Shown piece after piece: positions 1-12,481 of a stretch of DNA of 64,000 nt. The stretch comes from Eledone cirrhosa (Eukaryota): the NCBI GenBank assembly GCA_964016885.1, contig OZ024742.1, positions 36,518,001 to 36,582,000 of the forward strand, read 5' to 3'. The position numbers were made by a program, and so were the translations under genes. The notes beneath the pieces are model-generated. The model saw only the letters and a program-made list of their open reading frames with translations. It was not told where the DNA came from and made no database searches. The number at the start of each line of letters is the position of its first letter. Position 1 is the first letter of the stretch.

Positions 1-365
1 ACGATGATGATGATGGTGGTGATGTTGATGATGACGGCGATGGTGGAGGTGGAGGCGACGGAGGTGGAGGTGGAGATGAAGGAGGAGGAAGAAGAAGAGG
101 AGGGACAGAAGGAGATACGAATGCCACGTGGTTTACACTGGCCGGTGATCAAGCTTTGTCAAAGGAGGAGTGGGGGGAGAAGAAGAAGAAGAAGAAGAAG
201 AAGAAGAAGAAGAAGAAGAAGAAGAAGAAGAAGAAGGAGGAGGAGGAGGAGGGGAGGGGGAAGAAGGAGATACGAATGATTTCACTTATTGGCCACAAGG
301 GCCGACATGTTGTTGACACCAGCCGGAGATCAAGTCTTGTCAGAGGAGGAGGAGGAGGAGGAGGT
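1..365. repeat. Low-complexity (GAT)/(GGA)/(GAA)n trinucleotide tracts
   Basis: Visible GAA run 180-235 and GGA runs; ORFs 4..279 and 156..389 are homopolymer artefacts. Confidence 0.9.
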
Positions 366-646
366 TATGTCAAACAATGTAACACGTGACAAATGGAGTG
401 AGAGATGTAAGCCAACTAACTGGGTTTACAACGGTGAGCGGTAATCAACGTGGTTATGACGTATCAAGTGTTCGTGATAAGCAGAGAGTAAAGGGAGGAG
501 GAGATAAATAGGTATCGGATAATGGAGATGGGGAGAGAGAAGTGTTGAAGAGACGCTGGGGAATTGTCGGATCGCTGAAATCAAGGACTCTTCTATTCAG
601 GTTGAAGTCATTTTATTTTCTTTGAGAAAACCATCTACTAAGATAA

Positions 647-1066
647 TAATTTTTTCTACTTATAGGCACAAGGCCAGCAATTTGGGGGAAGAGGGAAGTC
701 GATTAAATCGACGCCAGTGCGTGACTGATACTTTATTTTATCGACCCCGTAAGGATGAGAAGCAAAGCTAACCTCGGCGGGATTTGAGCTCAGAACGTAA
801 AGGGCCGTAACTCTATGCCTCTAAGCATGCTGCCTGACGCTCTACCGATTCTGCCAATCCATAATAATTGTTTCTACTTTTGGAACAAAGCCAGCAATAC
901 CTATCTCAATTATCCAATGCATTACTGGTACTTTATGTTATCGACCTCGTAAGGATGAAAGGCAAAGTTAACCTCGGTGGGATTTTAACTCAGATCATAA
1001 AGGGCCGTAACTCTATTCTGCAAAGTATGGTGTCCGACCCTCTACCGATACAGCCAATCCACCGCC
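647..1066 (-). mobile_element. Two tandem tRNA-derived SINE copies (Meta-domain-like family)
   Basis: Reverse complement shows an A-box-like TGGCAGTATCGGTAG, a B-box GAGTTCAAATCCC and the central CTTTGCCTTTCATCCTTACGGGGTCGATAAAATAAAGTACCAG, which recurs more than 12 times in the window. Confidence 0.85.
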
Positions 1067-1116
1067 CTTCTACTAATATAATAGCCTTGTATATTTGTCC
1101 ATAACGTACTAGATAT

Positions 1117-1587
1117 GACTGAGAAAGGAAGGGTGATTACGTTAACTGGGGAAGGAAGGGGTGGTTACGTCGACTGAGGAAGGAAGGGGTGATTACGTCG
1201 ACTGAGGACGACTGATAACGGAAGGGGGTGATTACGTCGACTGAGCACAGAAGGGTGTGATTACGTCGACTGAGGACGGAAGGGGGTGATTACGTCGACT
1301 GAGGACGGAAGGGGGTGATTACGTCGACTGAGGAAGGAAGGGGGTGATTACGTCGACTGAGGACGGAAGGGGGTGATTACGTCGACTGAGGACGGAAGGG
1401 GGTGATTACGTCAACTGAGCACAGAAGGGTGTGATTACGTCGACTGAGGACGGAAGGGGGTGATTATCTCGACTGAGGACGACTGAGGAAGGAAGGGGTG
1501 ATTACGGCGACTGAGGACAGAAGAGGGGGGTTTACGTCGACTGAGGACGGAAGGGGGTGACAAAAAGGTGACTGAGGACGGAAGGGT
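1117..1587. repeat. 29-bp minisatellite (GACTGAGGACGGAAGGGGGTGATTACGTC)n, about 16 units
   Basis: Directly visible head-to-tail units. Confidence 0.92.
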
Positions 1588-1830
1588 GGTAGCGTCTAAT
1601 ATTCACTACATCTGTGTGTGTGTATATGTATAGCGAATTGGCTACACACATTGGCTGTTATGATTATGTGAGTGTGTGTGTGTATATGTGTGTGTGTGTG
1701 TATGTGTGTTTGTGTATATTATATTTATATACAATATTTGTGTGAGTGTATATGTGTTTGTGTGTGTTTATTTAGAAAGATATATAGACAATAAAATTAC
1801 AAACACGCACGAATCTACACATACATATAT

Positions 1831-1903
<73 letters not shown>

Positions 1904-1924
1904 CACTCAATTCTTCTCATTTAT

Positions 1925-2386
1925 ATATATATATATCTTTTTCTCAGCTGCGTTTGTCTGTTTCTTTCTTACTACTTCCCCTCTCTCTCTGTATCTCTCA
2001 CCTTCTTTTTCCCCCTCTGTCAGTCACACTTTCTCTCGACTGGCCTCTTCCTCGCACTTCCACTCACTCACTCTCTGTTTCTCCCCCTCTCACTTCCTCT
2101 TGTTTGGCCTGTGTGAGGTCCTTTCTTGCTCACATCTCACCCATGTCGGATGGTCTGTATATCTCTCTCGCCCATGAAATTCACCGAGCTTAAGCTGAAT
2201 AGATATCATGTGCTTGTTTCTTCCTATCTTTCCGTTGCCATACCATCGTTGTTTATTTACATGTCTCGCTCGCTTCACGCTATTTTACTTGTCCCAATAA
2301 CTTTATTGCTCGCACCAACTAGAGGTATATGATTTTTAAAGCGATGAAATACCAATGAAAGTTGGAAAATCACTGATGAAGGACTA

Positions 2387-2441
<55 letters not shown>

Positions 2442-2830
2442 AACATGAGAAGAAAGAAGAATACTGCGTGGTTGCACATGGGTTACATATGATAAAAATA
2501 GTCCTTCATCAGTGATTTTCCAACCATCAATGGTATTTCATCGCATTAAAAATCATATACCTCAGGTTGGTGCGAGCAGTAACTAAAAAAAGTTATTGGG
2601 ACCAGTAAATCGCGTAAAGCGAGGGGGACAAGTGAACAACATAGAAGGATAAAAGCAAACCAAAGAAAAGAAAAAAAAAAGCAACATGGTTGTCTTGGTC
2701 AGCATAAGCTGGGTGGATTTCATGAGCGAAAGGTACAGACATCCGACGTGAGTGACATGTAAGCAAGAAGAGACCCACTGTAAGCCAAACGGGAAGAAGT
2801 GAGAAGGGGAGAAACAGAGAGTGAGTGAGT
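1925..2830. mobile_element. Inverted pair of a PLE-pLTR-like repeat (family A) around (TA)n
   Basis: About 2052-2386 (+) is the diverged reverse complement of about 2500-2830; the same family occurs at 4110-4697 and 52660-53255; all copies carry CACTGATGA(A)GGAC. Confidence 0.7.
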
Positions 2831-3342
2831 GGAATATATATATATATAAAGAGAAACAGAAAAAATAATTATTACATACACCCACATCTATGTCATGACT
2901 GAGGAAGGAGCGGGTTGAGAAACTATAGGGGTCCATCATTCTAATATTCATCGCAGCTGTGTGTTTGTATGTTTGTATCACTTGTGTGAGTGGGCGTGAA
3001 GGAACCAACCAACCAGCCAACCGTCTTTTTTGACGACACGGGGCCAGCTAGTGAGTGTAATAAAATCACACGACCAGTATAGTGAGCACAGGCATAACTG
3101 TGTAGTTAAAACGTTAGCTTCGCAGGTGTGTAGTTTCGTGTTCAGTCCCAATGCGTGATATCACTCGGTTTGTGAAATGCCTTATGGTGAGTAGAATTTG
3201 CCAGACCGAAACAGTGTTGCCAGATCAATCATAAAAATATAGAGCAAATTATTGGGTTGTGCTAGAAAACAGCACAAAAGGAATATTTTGTTGAGAAATT
3301 AAATACTACATACAAACACATATAATGTGTATGTGTGTATAT

Positions 3343-3743
3343 ACGAGGGCAATCCCAAAAGTAAGGTCTCCTTCCGATATTGCAACTTCCGATATTGCAA
3401 CTTTTCCGTTAAAATCCTGTGGATGGTGCTTTGGGAAACCTCAGGAACCAAAATGCAGAGAGCATCCAGAGTGATCCGCCGATCTTTACGCATGTTTTCC
3501 TCGGAAGGAGACCTTACTTTTGCGATTGCCCTCTATTATAATAACTGCGCGAAATTCGCACTTGGCGGTAGCGTTCAACGGGAGCTCCATTCTCAACGGC
3601 TGCCAAGCCAAGATTGAACATCCCAGCGAAGCGCGCGCATGCTTGTTTGGGAGTGAAGGAAGCAGCAATCACAACAGTGTTGCCAACAGCCGTACGAACA
3701 GTTTCTCTGCGTCCCCATCACTTTGGAGACCTTACTTTTGGGA
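3343..3743 (-). mobile_element. Mariner deletion derivative with three TIR copies
   Basis: TA-CGAGGGCAATCCCAAAAGTAAGGTCTCC at 3341-3371; inverted copies at 3507-3535 and 3725-3743; transposase HTH fragments RKDRRITLDAL...SQSTIHRILTEKLQYRK and KCEFRAVI. Confidence 0.8.
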
Positions 3744-4058
3744 TATATATATATATATAACGAAGGAAATGTGGTAAGCAAACAGGTGGACCATAACGCA
3801 CCAAAGTACTCAATACTTAGGGTAGTAGAGTGGGTAATAGGAACGTGTAGGACCCCGACGGCTGAGCTCAAGCCGTTTCGATGGCTAATTCTGGACTAGT
3901 GATACAAACATACAAACACACACCTGCTATGAATATTAGAATGATGGACCCCTATAGTTTCTCAACCCGCTCCTTCCTCAGTCATGACATAGATGTGGGT
4001 GTATGTAATAATTATTTTTTCTGTTTCTCTTTATATATACGTCGGGGTCCTACTCGTT

Positions 4059-4109
<51 letters not shown>

Positions 4110-4118
<9 letters not shown>

Positions 4119-4697
4119 CACATATTTTTTTCCCCGCTGTTACACGTCTATTTCGTTCTTACTGCTTCCTCTTTCTCTGTATCTTTACCCTCTCTAGCAG
4201 TCACTCTCTCTGTTAGCCTCTTCCTCACCGTTCACTCACTCATTCTATGTTACTACCTCTCCTCCTCCTCCTTCTTCCCGTTTGACCTGTGCGTAATTCT
4301 TTTCTTTCGCACCCTTGGTCTGGCAGGTCACTTTTTTTCTCTCTCTCGTCTACGATTTCACAGAACTTACGTTCACCGAAATCACAGACTAGATTCCTTC
4401 TTCCTCCCGTTAGACCTGTACGGAATTCCTTCCTTGCTCACATTCCAACCAGGTTTGGTGGTCTTTATTCTCTCTCGTTCACGATTTCACCGAATTTAAA
4501 TTCATAGAAATTTGGGACTTGACTCCTTCTTCCTCACTTTTCGTTGCTTCACCATTTTTGTTTGTTTACACTCGTGTTCCCTTTATTTACGTGTCCCAAC
4601 GACTTTTTTTAGCCGTTGCTTGCACCAACCGGAGGTATATGGTCTTTAAAGCGATGAAATACCAAAGATGGTTGGAAGATCACTGATGAAGGACTAA
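4110..4697 (+). mobile_element. Family A PLE-pLTR-like repeat copy
   Basis: Highly similar to the reverse complement of 52700-53255; ends CACTGATGAAGGACTAA followed by (TA)n. Confidence 0.7.
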
Positions 4698-4698
4698 C

Positions 4699-4755
<57 letters not shown>

Positions 4756-4782
4756 ATATATATGTATATATATATATGTATC

Positions 4783-4943
<161 letters not shown>

Positions 4944-5641
4944 TACAGAAGCTTAAAGAGCTGTAAAGAACCTTGGAATGTTACAACAATATATTGTGAT
5001 ACAGCTTCATAACGCCTACATAAGCAAGTCAAGTTGATGATATTCAATCACTTCAAACTATATTTATGGTGTTTAACAAATGATTCTTTTTACTATTACT
5101 TCCTGCCTTGTCACTCATTGCAGCCAACATTTGCCGATGTCATCTTCGTAGATTGCAAATGCTGCAAGCAATAACGGGTTAAAATGGCAGAAAACTAATT
5201 ATCTATGAAACTGTGAAGTACCGTTAGGTAGTGATATAACTAAACAGGCTTCCAGTTTTCATCATAAAAATAGACCCCATGATGCTAGGAAGTTGGATAG
5301 AACTCGGGACTTTATGATGCAAAGAAAGCTTCTTACCCTATCAGCCACTCTGACGTTACCTATATATGGCATGGTTGAGTGCGAACTGTGCAATGGAAAA
5401 TACAGGCTTACTAATTTTCTTAGTCTGAGCAAGAAGTATCAAAATCTAGATTCGTCAGTATCCCAAAGAATCAAGAATTTGGATTTAGTAATGTAACTAA
5501 CTTTCTCATTACTAAGCTAGTGACTAACTACATGCCTCAGTGTGAGTGTGTGTCTGTGAAACATAAACATATACACCAAATTCCCACTGTCACTGCCTCC
5601 GTTTCTCCTGCTCTCTCCATCTCTCATTATTATGAGCAAAT

Positions 5642-5830
5642 TAAGGCGGTGGATTGGCAGTATAGGTAGAAGGTTGGACGCCATGCTTTGCAGCATAGCG
5701 TTACGCCCCTTTACGATTTGAGTTCAAATCCCGCCGGGGTTAACTTTGCCTTTCATCCTTACGGGGTCGATAAAATAAAGTACCAGTAATGTACTGGGTA
5801 ATTACAGGCCTTGTACCAAAAGTAGAAACA
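5642..5830 (+). mobile_element. tRNA-derived SINE with 16-bp TSD
   Basis: ATTATTATGAGCAAAT at 5626-5641 and 5831-5846 flanks a full SINE copy with A/B boxes. Confidence 0.9.
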
Positions 5831-6632
5831 ATTATTATGAGCAAATGGGGGCCCAAGCGCTGACCGCCCCGCGGCCTCGGCGGACAGAATAGAGAAGGCA
5901 TTTCCTCAGAAGATGGTGAGGGGGACGCACTGGAAGATCCATTCCAGCTCACGAGGCCCACACCTGCGGATAGCCAATATAGGCTGAAATTAATTTATTT
6001 GGGAAAATGAAGAACATAACTGGGAGAAGGGGACGCACATTGTAGGACTCGCCTAGGGCGCTAAATATGCTGGCACTTATTCTGGGTATACAGTTCTTGT
6101 GTGTCTAATACTTACGTTATCTTCTTCAGTTACTACAAAAATTCAAAGACAGAGTTCATTCATAAAATACTGAATGAAAGCAAAGAACCTTGGAGAGCGT
6201 GAATAATAACGTGACATGACATAATTAATTTTGATGTATGGATTTCAAAATATTACTACTGCATCAATGACCAGCTTGTTCGACTTTGTAATTTACATAC
6301 ATACATACACACAAACACACACACACGCACGCACACACACACACACGCACACACACACACTTATATATATATATATATATAATGAACGGACTTTTAGTTT
6401 TGAAGAAAGAGAAGAAAAATAAAGTATATATATATGTTTATTTATATATAATTTAACCATCGTAAGTAGCTATTTATACATTTGCTAGATGAAATATATA
6501 CAAAAATAATATGGACCAAATTAACATTCAAGGATCCTTTTGTCACCATGTGTGCGCATGTGTGTGCCTGTATATGTATGTATGTATGTATGCATGCATG
6601 CATGTATGTATGTATGTATGTATGTATGTATG

Positions 6633-6695
<63 letters not shown>

Positions 6696-6773
6696 TGATG
6701 AGCAGAACAAACAAACATTAAATAATCCTTTAAATAAATTAAAAAATGATTTAAATATCTACCTGTTCATAAT

Positions 6774-6852
6774 GCTATTACCGGCGGTTTCCATTTACAA
6801 AAGATTGGAAATTCAGAGAATTTCCAACGGAGAGTAGATTTCATCAGATAGC
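6774..6852 (-). ncRNA. Type I hammerhead ribozyme motif, extended stem II
   Basis: Minus strand: GCTAT-CTGATGA-[stem II incl. TTGGAAATTC/GAATTTCCAA]-GAAA-CCGCCG-GTA-ATAGC; stem I 5 bp, GUA triplet. Confidence 0.75.
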
Positions 6853-7021
6853 TATTTCCTTTATATAGGACATACGTCCCACGGTCCGCAAATATAATGC
6901 CAACTACCAGCTCAATTTTTATAGTTCTGGTATCTCGAATTAGTACCATAGAACAACAATTATATTATAGACACCCTATATATCTCTATGGGTACTTAGT
7001 ACTCAGTGAGATATTTACCTC

Positions 7022-7068
<47 letters not shown>

Positions 7069-7220
7069 GAGAGGTATACAAATATATGTGTATACATACA
7101 TATACATGTATATATAAACATATATTTTTCACAAGTATGTGAGATTGTATGTTGTCGACCTTAACCAGTGTTACTCTATGATTATGAGAGACAAAATAAT
7201 CGAAATAATTAAATTGACAC

Positions 7221-7535
7221 AATATCAGAGTTATGTAAAATATTATAAAAAGGAATAATAGATACAATATACCTATTTTCTCTTTGTCCCGACTGTACAG
7301 TTTCGCTGGTCACTATGCAAGAATGTTATATCATAGATATGTAACATTGTTGTGAGGTAAGCCAGCTTATCAAGGTGCTCCCATGATAAGCTGGCTTACC
7401 TCACAACAATGTTACATATCTATGATATAACATTCTTGCATAGTGACCAGCGAAACTGTACAGTCGGGACAAAGAGAAAATAGGTATATTGTATCTATTA
7501 TTCCTTTTTATAATATTTTACATAACTCTGATATT
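7221..7535. repeat. Fold-back palindrome (152-bp arms, 11-nt loop) containing a degenerate hammerhead
   Basis: 7221-7372 is the reverse complement of 7384-7535; the right arm reads TCCC-ATGATAA-GCTGG...CCAGC-GAAAC-TGTACA-GTC-GGGA. Confidence 0.9.
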
Positions 7536-7604
7536 TTTCATTGCTCCAAATAATGACGTATTATCTTCGTTTTTTCCCGTTCTTTGCCAGGGAACGTTTC
7601 CACG

Positions 7605-7760
7605 AACCAAAGTATCGTCTTCCTGTCTTCCTCCGGTTGCAACGTTTTTTGAAATATTCACTTCTGCGTTCACAGATTGACTTTGTTAGTTTCAGAAGAT
7701 CCTGTTAAGGGTGAAAGCAGCGATTCTTTGTTTAAACTTTAATCTGTTATTTTAATAAAT
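7605..7760. repeat. Unclassified dispersed repeat (also about 17165-17325, and inverted at 51183-51300)
   Basis: Shared CCAAAGTATCGTCTTCCTGTC...GATTCTTTG(C/T)TT(A/G)AACTTTAATCTGTTATTTTAA. Confidence 0.75.
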
Positions 7761-8171
7761 ATATGTATATATATATATATATATATACCTCTACATCTTA
7801 GAGATTTTACCTCTCTGCATCTCCCTATGCATTGAGTACTCCCATAATTAATGGTCTCCTCGGTCCCAGCGCCGCAGTGTGTGTCTTATACAAATCACTG
7901 AAGGGCAGATAAAGCATCATTCCCCAGGGATGTATTCACATTCAAGCAACCTAAATATAAGGAGCTTGACCAAAAATTCCCTGACCATAATTACGGTTTC
8001 TGATTTAAAGAATAAATTCTACGATATCAATAGATTGATATGGCCATCATTAGCAGAGGGTTTTTGTAAGGTATAAGAACAAATATAAATACCTTTAAGG
8101 AGAATTCTTTTTCATCTCTTATCGATTCAGCATGGTGCAATAAAATTAAAAATGATAATACACCACGTATG

Positions 8172-8325
8172 CAGTATGTTTCCGGGCGTGGAAACTATCA
8201 AGAATACCGTGACGACGGAACTGAGGAAAATCCTGGGAGAATCCTTCCAGGATTGAATGAAGACGTTTTGGATAATGATAGGAAAGTGCGTTAGACTCGA
8301 GAGGGATTATTTCGAAGGGGAAAAC
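8172..8325 (+). pseudogene. Mariner transposase C-terminal fragment
   Basis: Translates FPGVETIKNTVTTELRKILGESFQD*...GKCVRLERDYFEG; homologous to 48930-49050. Confidence 0.7.
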
Positions 8326-9083
8326 TTGTAGTTTGGATTTGAAATATTAAGTGTGTGTGTGTGTATGTGTGTGTGTGTGTTTGCGTATTTGTATGTGTGT
8401 GTATGTGTGCGCGTGTATGCGTGCATGTGTGTACGCATGTGTGCATGTGCGTGCACGCTTGAGTAGGTGTGTGCATGTTTTCTTTTCAATGTTGTTTAAC
8501 AAAAACGCCAGAAAGTACACACTACATGATGTAAATTATGTTGGTTATTGAAGCTGAAATTTTCATCTCGAGAGTCAGGTTTTACGCCGTTGCAATCTCT
8601 AGCGAGAACTGGGTTCTTTCGCTGTTATTACCACCCCCACTAGTGTCGCCAATACCAACACCATTACTATCAGCTCTACCTCCACTAACATTCCCACAAC
8701 CGTATGTATGTATGTGTGTATGTAAGTATGTATGTGTGTGTGTGCGTCAGTGTGTGTTGATATATATATATATACTCGTTAATTTATTAACCTGCCATTG
8801 AACCACATTGGCATATGGTTGGACAATACATGTGTCCCTATACGCTTTTTGCGTGTAGGGATATATACTTTATTATTATTAATCTCCTCTTGGTCGAGAT
8901 GAAATTTGGTCGATTTGACTGCTGCTATTTATAGTGGTAGTAGACTGACCTCCCTGCCTCTGCCTTCTATCTTTGCACACGGCACTGGACAGAATTGCTT
9001 CCACATCATTCATTCTCATCAATTTTGAATAGCGCCAGTTCGTAATTTGAACTCGGGAATTTTATATTCTCCGTGTGAAAAGA

Positions 9084-9170
9084 ACCTTCTGACGAGAGTT
9101 TATCTTTTCAATGGAATGCCGCAAGGACTGTCCATTTATTTTTGAGACTCGAAACCGATTCGGTAAAGGT
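9084..9170 (+). ncRNA. Canonical type I hammerhead ribozyme motif
   Basis: ACCTT-CTGACGA-GAGTTT...AGACTC-GAAA-CCG-ATT-CG-GTA-AAGGT: stem I 5 bp, G10.1-C11.1 pair, stem III 4 bp, GUA cleavage triplet. Confidence 0.85.
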
Positions 9171-9234
9171 AACCATAGTAAGTACAGTGAATTTTTTGAA
9201 ATTTATTTTGAAACTTTTTCTTATTTGCTAAACC

Positions 9235-9974
<740 letters not shown>

Positions 9975-10151
9975 TATATATATATATGGATAGATAGATA
10001 GATCGCATAAGGTGAAACATTTGTTCTCGGTATGGTGAACTAGCTGCTGTGGAACTACTTCTATATATATATCTATATATATATATATATATATATATAA
10101 ATTAATAAAATAATGAATAAACAAAGAAACAGTTCCTTATATTAAAAAAAT

Positions 10152-10293
10152 TCATCATTTTACGATCGTTTCTAGGATATATATGTGTTAGAGTTGGTAT
10201 GCATATTCTATAGATCTATGTACAATATTTATACAAACTATCAGAGGGAATATACATACCTACACATATATATGCTGTCTTCAGAAATAATGA
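10152..10293 (-). ncRNA. Hammerhead motif (mirror copy of 12135-12276)
   Basis: Lies within the inverted pLTR. Confidence 0.7.
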
Positions 10294-10615
10294 TATTTGT
10301 TTATTGAAAAAAACCAAAGATTCAATACAATAGGTCTGTTTGGGAACAGGTTTTGAATTGACCAATAGAGAGATAGTGAGGGTCAGGATAGTAATATAGT
10401 AGTAGAAGAACCTTAAATTATGGGTAGAGGAAGGTAGATTTCAGTTTTGGATGGAAAAGAATATTATGAATGAAGGATTATTTTAGGGAAGAAATAGGTC
10501 TTATGCTGACCTCAGAAATAATTTTATTTTTTCATTGAATAAAACCAACAAAGATCTAATATATTCTGTCTGTTTGGTAAGAGGTTTAGAATTAACCAAT
10601 AGAAAGTTAATAATT

Positions 10616-10935
10616 TATTCATATATAGGAGCTACCTCTAACAAAGATTTAATACCCACAAACATAGTTTTAAAAATGCCGCACTAGCTAATACAACATC
10701 TCTAGCAGAAATAATAAATAGTTATAGAAAGAGGAATATAGAATATGACCTGACCTGGAGTGTGCTCAAAAGGGCCACCCCTTATCAAAATAGTAGAAAT
10801 GAATGTAGATTATGTTCCCAAGAACTTTTTGAAATAATGAAATCTAAGGATATCCTATTAAATAAGCGACAGGAATTAATAATATCGTGTAATCATAAAC
10901 TGAGAAAAACCTTTAAATATTATAAACCTAATTAA
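10616..10935 (+). pseudogene. PLE GIY-YIG endonuclease C-terminal remnant (resembles Naiad-type)
   Basis: Hand translation: YSYIGATSNK / frameshift / RFNTHKHSFKNAALANTTSLAEIINSYRKRNIEYDLTWSVLKRATPYQNSRNECRLCSQELFEIMKSKDILLNKRQELIISCNHKLRKTFKYYKPN*. Confidence 0.85.
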
Positions 10936-11393
10936 TATACACTTTAGAAATTAATTTATAAATTATTTTAATTTAGTTAACCTATAATTAATATTCTACT
11001 ACTGATGAACTACATAATTCTGCTTTAAAAATTATAAACCTAATTAATATACACTTTTGAAATTAATATATAAACTATTTTTAATTTAGTTAACCTATAA
11101 TTAATATTCTACTACTGATGAACTACATAATTTTGCTTTCCTTCTTACAAATATCATTTCCTAAAACTGATACCATTAAGTAAACATATATAATGCTTTA
11201 ACTTCAGGTTATGACTCTATGTTCCTTGAAAACTATATATATTTACTATTTCTCACTAATAAATTTAATCCCCCCCCCCAATAATTATATGTATATATAA
11301 GTGTATATGTGTGTGTATATGTATGTGTATGTATGTATATATGCATGTATATATCTATGTATATATATATATATATATGTGTGTATATGTATG

Positions 11394-11424
<31 letters not shown>

Positions 11425-11462
11425 GTATGTGTATATATATGTATATATATGTATATATATAA

Positions 11463-11542
<80 letters not shown>

Positions 11543-12134
11543 TTCAACTGCATCTAACTCTTATTTATCATATCTATATGTATTAGTATAATTTTATCAA
11601 TATAAATATACCCATCAATTAAATTAATTTATATTCTTTTCATAGATGTATTTTTTTCACTAACATTCTTATCTTAAAACTTTAGTCACCTTAGTTATTT
11701 GTATTGGCATTACTATTTTATAACAGCAACTGCTTGTATACCTTTTACTGACCACCTGACCTATTTTCACCCCTAAAATAAGCTTCAATTACTACTATTT
11801 TACCATTTGGCCAATTATTAACTTTCTATTGGTTAATTCTAAACCTCTTACCAAACAGACAGAATATATTAGATCTTTGTTGGTTTTATTCAATGAAAAA
11901 ATAAAATTATTTCTGAGGTCAGCATAAGACCTATTTCTTCCCTAAAATAATCCTTCATTCATAATATTCTTTTCCATCCAAAACTGAAATCTACCTTCCT
12001 CTACCCATAATTTAAGGTTCTTCTACTACTATATTACTATCCTGACCCTCACTATCTCTCTATTGGTCAATTCAAAACCTGTTCCCAAACAGACCTATTG
12101 TATTGAATCTTTGGTTTTTTTCAATAAACAAATA

Positions 12135-12276
12135 TCATTATTTCTGAAGACAGCATATATATGTGTAGGTATGTATATTCCCTCTGATAGTTTGTATAAA
12201 TATTGTACATAGATCTATAGAATATGCATACCAACTCTAACACATATATATCCTAGAAACGATCGTAAAATGATGA
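12135..12276 (+). ncRNA. Type I hammerhead motif with about 105-nt stem II
   Basis: TCATTATTT-CTGAAGA-[TATATGTGT/ACACATATA and GGTATGTATATTC/GAATATGCATACC]-GAAAC-GATC-GTA-AAATGATGA; 9-bp stem I, palindromic loop 3. Confidence 0.75.
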
Positions 12277-12481
12277 ATTTTTTTAATATAAGGAACTGTT
12301 TCTTTGTTTATTCATTATTTTATTAATTTATCTTGACTCTATTTTCCGTTTATTTTTCACCGAAAGTAGTTTTTGAATGCATCTTCTCTTTTCATGATAT
12401 CCGGATTACATTGAGTTCTTCATACGGATTGGACACTACCGTAAACTTTTGGTAGATGTATCTACATATATATATATATAT

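Larger units (their letters stand above)
10097..12465 (+). mobile_element. 5'-truncated Penelope-like element with inverted pLTR
   Basis: About 520-bp inverted repeat (10097-10615 / 11813-12331) enclosing a GIY-YIG endonuclease C-terminus; a hammerhead in each repeat; embedded in (TA)n. Confidence 0.85.
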
